Origin: Eimeria praecox
Lineage: Eukaryota
Direction: 5' to 3'
Assembly: GCA_963920595.1 (NCBI GenBank)
Contig: OY986946.1
Coordinates: forward strand, 9,424,001-9,488,000
Length of the DNA: 64,000 nucleotides
In this document: in pieces, positions 59,237-64,000 of the stretch
How positions within the stretch are numbered: position 1 is the first letter of the stretch
How the letters are laid out: the number at the start of each line of letters is the position of its first letter
The notes under the pieces: model-generated
The model's input: the letters and a program-made list of their open reading frames with translations, nothing else
Databases searched by the model: none
Told to the model about the DNA's origin: nothing
Position numbers and translations under genes: made by a program

Positions 59237-59711
59237 CACCTGTTTGCTGTGAGGTCGTCCATATACCTAGAGCTGCTCCCCTATGTTTAGAATCAACAGC
59301 AGCAGAAACAAACTGCAGCAGCAGCGGGAAGATAGGCGCATGCGCCAGTCCATTAACACCCCACAGCAGCAGCAGCAGCAAGCTGCTGCTGCAGCAACCA
59401 AAAGCAGCTGTAGCTACAGCAGATATCATAAAACAAACAGCAGTAAGTATTACATATCTACTCTCATGGATTGTAGATAATAATAAAGGAAGTAGTAATT
59501 GCCCTGCTGCATAACAACCTAAGAATGCGGTGTCTATACACCCCAATTGCTGCAGAGACAAATCTGCTGCTGCCTGCAACGAGCCCTTCACTACACTCAA
59601 CGGCTTCCTTGTACTGTATAAACAAGAATAAGCAAGATAAGTACAAAGAAAGAGAGGAAGAGAATATACTGACACAGGGATACATCGTTCAAACAAACCT
59701 AGCAACATACC

Positions 59712-59751
<40 letters not shown>

Positions 59752-59906
59752 AAGTGCTGCTGCTGCTGCTGCAAGTGCTGCTGCTGCAAGTGCTGCTGCT
59801 GTTGCTGCAAGTGCTGCTGCTGCTGCTGCTGCTGCTGTTGATAGTGCTGTTGCAATTGCAGTTGTGGGGAGTGGTATAGATGATGCTGCAGGGGTTGTGA
59901 GGGGGA

Positions 59907-59954
<48 letters not shown>

Positions 59955-60127
59955 AGGGTGTATTAAAGGAGAAACCTTTGAACGAGCTGCTGCAGCAGCA
60001 GCAGGAAGCAGCTGCTGCTTCTCCTGCTGCTGCTGCTGCTGACGGCCCCGACGACCGGAGCGCCAGTATGCATTTGCTGCATCAGAATCTGTGCTCTCTT
60101 GCTGCTGCTGTTGTTCGTGTTGCTGCT

Positions 60128-60163
<36 letters not shown>

Positions 60164-60281
60164 CTACCTGCTGCTGCTGCTGCTGCTGTGTCCTGCGGCG
60201 TTTGCTGCTGCTGTGTGTTGGGAGGGGAAACAACAGCTTGCTGCTGCTCCTGCTTAGTAGACTGTCATTGCTGCTGCTGCG

Positions 60282-60326
<45 letters not shown>

Positions 60327-60519
60327 TCTGCTGTTTCTGCTCCGTACACGTCTGTGAAGCCTCGCTTTGCTGCAGACAACATCACAAGCAGATATACACT
60401 CGACACCTGGACTGCTGCTGCTGCTGCTATTGCTGCTGCTGCTGCTGCTGCTGCTTCTGCTGGGCCTACCTGTAGCGTTGCGGCAGAGAACGGCTGCTAG
60501 CTATGCCTAGAGGAAGCAT
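54086..60519 (-). CDS. MFS organophosphate:Pi antiporter family transporter (SLC37/GlpT-like); start codon tentative
   Basis: Motifs TYLAYSCLYSTRKPLSVVK, LGCIDTAFLGCYAAGQ, RGAALGIWTTSQQTG, FFIKLIRYSLLLWLPFFL, FDVGGMVG and AAAFINAMGALGALIQ|GNL...YGWDVLF. Introns 59239-58832, 57556-57126 and 54660-54224. A possible first exon from ATG 60519 splices in frame; an alternative start is ATG 59713. Confidence 0.88.
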
Positions 60520-60589
60520 CTTCGCAGCAGCAGCAGCAGCAGCTAGAACTGCAGCAGCAGCAAGGGGACGCCTCGGCGCCTAAGAAACA

Positions 60590-60627
<38 letters not shown>

Positions 60628-60731
60628 GGTGCGAGGGAGAAGCGCGTCAGCATGGGTTCGGCTGCAGTCTCTGCTGTATATACTCTGCAGCAGCAAGCTG
60701 TCGTGATGGGTGAGCAGCTGCTGCTGTTGTA

Positions 60732-60784
<53 letters not shown>

Positions 60785-61534
60785 CAGAAGGGGGTGCCTA
60801 GGCTTAACTGCTGCAGCAGATTAAATGACGCTGAGGTTTGTTAACATCTAAAGATTTGTCTTTGGAAGCCAAACACAAGTAATAACAGAATCAGCTGCTG
60901 CTGCTGCTGCAGCAGCAGCAGCTGCTGCTGCTGCTGCTGATGCTGGTAATGCTGCTGCTGCTGCTGCTGCTGCTGCCGCTGCTGCTGCTGACGCATGCCT
61001 CTACCTAAACCGTTGAAGCTGCTTATTGCTGTTTATTTATTATTTTAATTTAAAATTTTGTTATTTATATATACGCGAGTTGTCTAAATATGTCTGCTTT
61101 TCTGCTGCTGCTGCTGCTGCTGCTGCAGCAGCAGCAGCAGCAGCAATAGCCGCAGCAGCAGCAGCAGCAACAGCAGCAACAGCTGCTCGTTCGTAATAAA
61201 AACTGCTGGTTTCTGAAGATAAACCTAAAATATTAAATTATAAAAACATAATACTAACACAATAATCAAATAATATAGTGGAGCTGCTGCTGTTGCTGCT
61301 GCTGCTGTTGCTGCTGCTGCTGTTGCTGCAGCCTTTGCTGCTGTCGTTGTTGCTACTGTTGCTGCTGTTCGAGATACTGTTGCTGCTGTTGGTGTTTCTA
61401 TCTTTGCTGGCGTTCCTGCTGCTGCTGCTGCTGCTGCTGCTCTCGCAGGTATTGCTGCTATTGCTACAGCAGCAGCAGCAGCAGCGATTGCTTTGTCGGT
61501 GGGGCAGTTGCAGCAGCAGCAGCAGCAGCACTAT

Positions 61535-61586
<52 letters not shown>

Positions 61587-61863
61587 CTAACCCTTTCGTA
61601 GCAGCAGCATGAGCTGCCGCAGCAGCTCCTCTTACATAGTAGCAGCAAACCCTAAACCCTAAGCTATAGAAAGGGAAGAAGCTAAACCCTAGGGTTTAGG
61701 GTTTAGGGTTTAGGGTTTATATACAAATCAAGAGAAAGACATCAAGATAGAAAACAAAATAAATATCTTAATAATACGAACAAACTCAAACATTTGCTGT
61801 TTGTCTGCAGCAGCAGCAACAGCAGCAACTTGTTTGCTGCTGTTGACAATGCATGCAGCAGCT

Positions 61864-61896
<33 letters not shown>

Positions 61897-62244
61897 CCTG
61901 CTGCTGCTGCTGCTGCTTCTTAACGGATCCCTTTGCTGCTACCGAAACACCCTCGCATTACAGCAGCAGCAGCACCTGCTGCTGCTGCAGCAGCAGCAGC
62001 AGAACCTGCTGCTGCTGCCGCTCATGAATGTACACACCTGCAGCAGCAGCAACTGCAGCAGCAGCAGCAGCAGCAACTGCAGCAGCAGCAGCACCTGCTG
62101 CTGCTGCAGCTAATGCATGTGTGTCTGCCGCTGCAGCAGCTGCCGCTGCGATTGCTCATACTGCTCTGCCAACGCCACAGGCACAGCAGCTCCCGGCCTC
62201 AACTCCGCCTGCAGCAGCAGCAGCAGCAGCAACAGCAGCAACAG

Positions 62245-62298
62245 GTCTAACAGCTGAAACGGGGGATGCTATGCAGAAACAGCTGATACTACAGCACT

Positions 62299-62331
<33 letters not shown>

Positions 62332-62541
62332 TGCTGCCGCTGCAACAGCAACGGGAACAGCACAAACGCCAATAGCAGCAGCAGCACCAACAGCAGCAGC
62401 AGCAACAGCAGCAACAACAGCAGCAGCAACAGGAGCAGCAGCAACAGCAGCTGCAAAAGCAACGGGAACAGCAAACGCCACTAGCAGCAGCAGCAGCAAC
62501 AGCAGCAGCAACAGCAGCAGCAACAGCAGCAGCAACAGCAG

Positions 62542-62577
<36 letters not shown>

Positions 62578-63789
62578 TCTGACCTTGACAACATCATTTT
62601 CCCTAACATCGTAGTCTAACGGACATTTGCTCAGATTTATCTGCACTGTATACTGCTCCCGCTGCAGCAGCAACAGCAGCAGCAACAGCAACAGCAGCAG
62701 CAACAGCAGCAACACAAGCAACAATGATAGCATTGAAGCAATGGCAGCGATAACTGCACAGTGTAACAGCAGCAGCAACAGCTGCAGCAACAACAGCAGC
62801 AGCAGCAACAGCTGCAGCAACAACAGCAGCAGCAGCAAGAGCTGCCGCCAGGGGAAATAGCAGCAGCAGCAGCAGCAGCAGCAGCTGTAGCAGCAGCAGC
62901 AGCAGCAGCAGCAGCTCTGTCTGGACATACAGAGTAGAACAGCAGCAGATCTCCTTCAGCAACTCCAACGTTTCTGCTGTAGCTCTCAGACAGTCGGCTG
63001 TACAGACACCGCAGCAGCAGCAGCAGCAGCAACAGCAGCAACAGCAGCAGCAGCAACAGCAGCAACAGAACGTCAAAGGCTCGGCTTATAGAGCCGAACA
63101 GTACAAAACCCCTGGCTGCATTCTAAGACTTTAGGGTTTAGGGTTTAGGGTTTGGCTAGGGTTTAGGGTTTAGGGTTTGGCTAGGGTTTAGGGTTTAGGG
63201 TTTAGGGTTTACGAGAAGGGCGTCATCATGCTAGCATTAAAACGCAAACGTGGTAGATAGGGCGCTTCCTCAGAACCTGAAGACAACAAACCCTAAACCC
63301 TAAACCCTAAACCCTAAACCCTAAATAAGGGTTTATAAACCCTAAAAGACTTCAATAAATAACAAGAAGCTTCATCTATAAACCCTAATAAACCCCTATT
63401 AACCCTAGCAATAAACCCTAACAATTAACCCTAATCCTAAACCCTAAACCCTAACCCCTACAAACCCTAAACCCTAAACCCTAACCTTCAATGAAGCGTG
63501 ATGATATCAAGACAGATATTATCAACTCTACCCGCGCAAACCCTAAACCCTAAACCCTAGACCCTCCCAACCCTCTCAACCCTACCCCCTAACCCCTTCC
63601 AAACCCTAACAAACCCTCCAAACCCTAAACCCTAAACCCTAAACCCTAAACCCTAAACCCTAATATACCTTCAATAAAGAGGGATATCCACACTTTCTGA
63701 GCATACTGTAGAGAAGGCCTGGCCTCAGCAAACAGCTGAAGCTGCCCCCGTTGCATGCGATAGTCTAACGGGCTTAGATCGGGTAAGAG
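62245..63789 (-). CDS. Exon fragments of an unidentified multi-exon gene, probably continuing beyond the window
   Basis: Unique-sequence islands with AG/GT borders lie between telomere-like or CTG introns. 63789-63669 reads LLPDLSPLDYRMQRGQLQLFAEARP..., followed by 63527-63486, 63276-63213 (GSEEAPYLPRLRFNASMMTPF) and ~62661-62584 (REQYTVQINLSKCPLDYDVRENDVVK). The full chain is not resolved. Confidence 0.45.
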
Positions 63790-64000
63790 CTGTAAACCCC
63801 ACAAACCCTAAACCCTAAACCCTAAACCCTAAACCCTAGACCCTAAACCCTAGACCCTGAACCCTAAACCCTAACCGATGGCTATACCCTCACCACACAT
63901 ACAATAGAAAAACCTAATTCTGCAGCGGAGGAAACCCTAGGAGGAGCTGCAGACCCTAAACCCTAAACCCTAAACCCTAAACCCTAAACAACAGTAAGCT

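Noticed and set aside
63131..63989. True telomere near the window end
   Set aside because: The arrays are short, in both orientations and interleaved with exon-like islands, so they are interstitial.

Overview
This is eukaryotic, intron-rich genomic DNA with the repeat signature of a coccidian apicomplexan, very likely Eimeria sp. It has ubiquitous (CAG/CTG)n giving poly-A/Q/S tracts, interstitial telomere-like (AAACCCT)n, TGCATGCA motifs and (AT)n, plus a 200-N scaffold gap. Most ORF-track entries are repeat artefacts. Manual splicing gives these genes: the 3' part of a tandem-CCCH zinc-finger gene (+); an intronless putative secreted protein (+); a cryptic 4-exon 123-aa gene (-); tRNA-Cys(GCA) (-); a very large NAPE-PLD-type metallo-beta-lactamase (-); class III PI3-kinase Vps34 (-, 5' end lost in the gap); the microtubule-associated thioredoxin-like protein TrxL1 (+); RCL1 (-) head-to-head with UTP12/WDR3 (+); an SLC37/GlpT-type MFS transporter with a huge Q/P-rich loop (-); and fragments of one further gene (-). 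No CRISPR, rRNA or coding transposon is supported. The most unusual signals are structural: exact inverted telomere-variant repeats bracketing UTP12 exons, repeat-built and stop-free 3n introns, perfect fold-back palindromes centred on (TA)n, a duplicated Vps34 splice cassette with only synonymous differences, and a dispersed GGTGT-N4-ACACC quasi-palindrome. Family assignments come from recalled motifs, not database searches.
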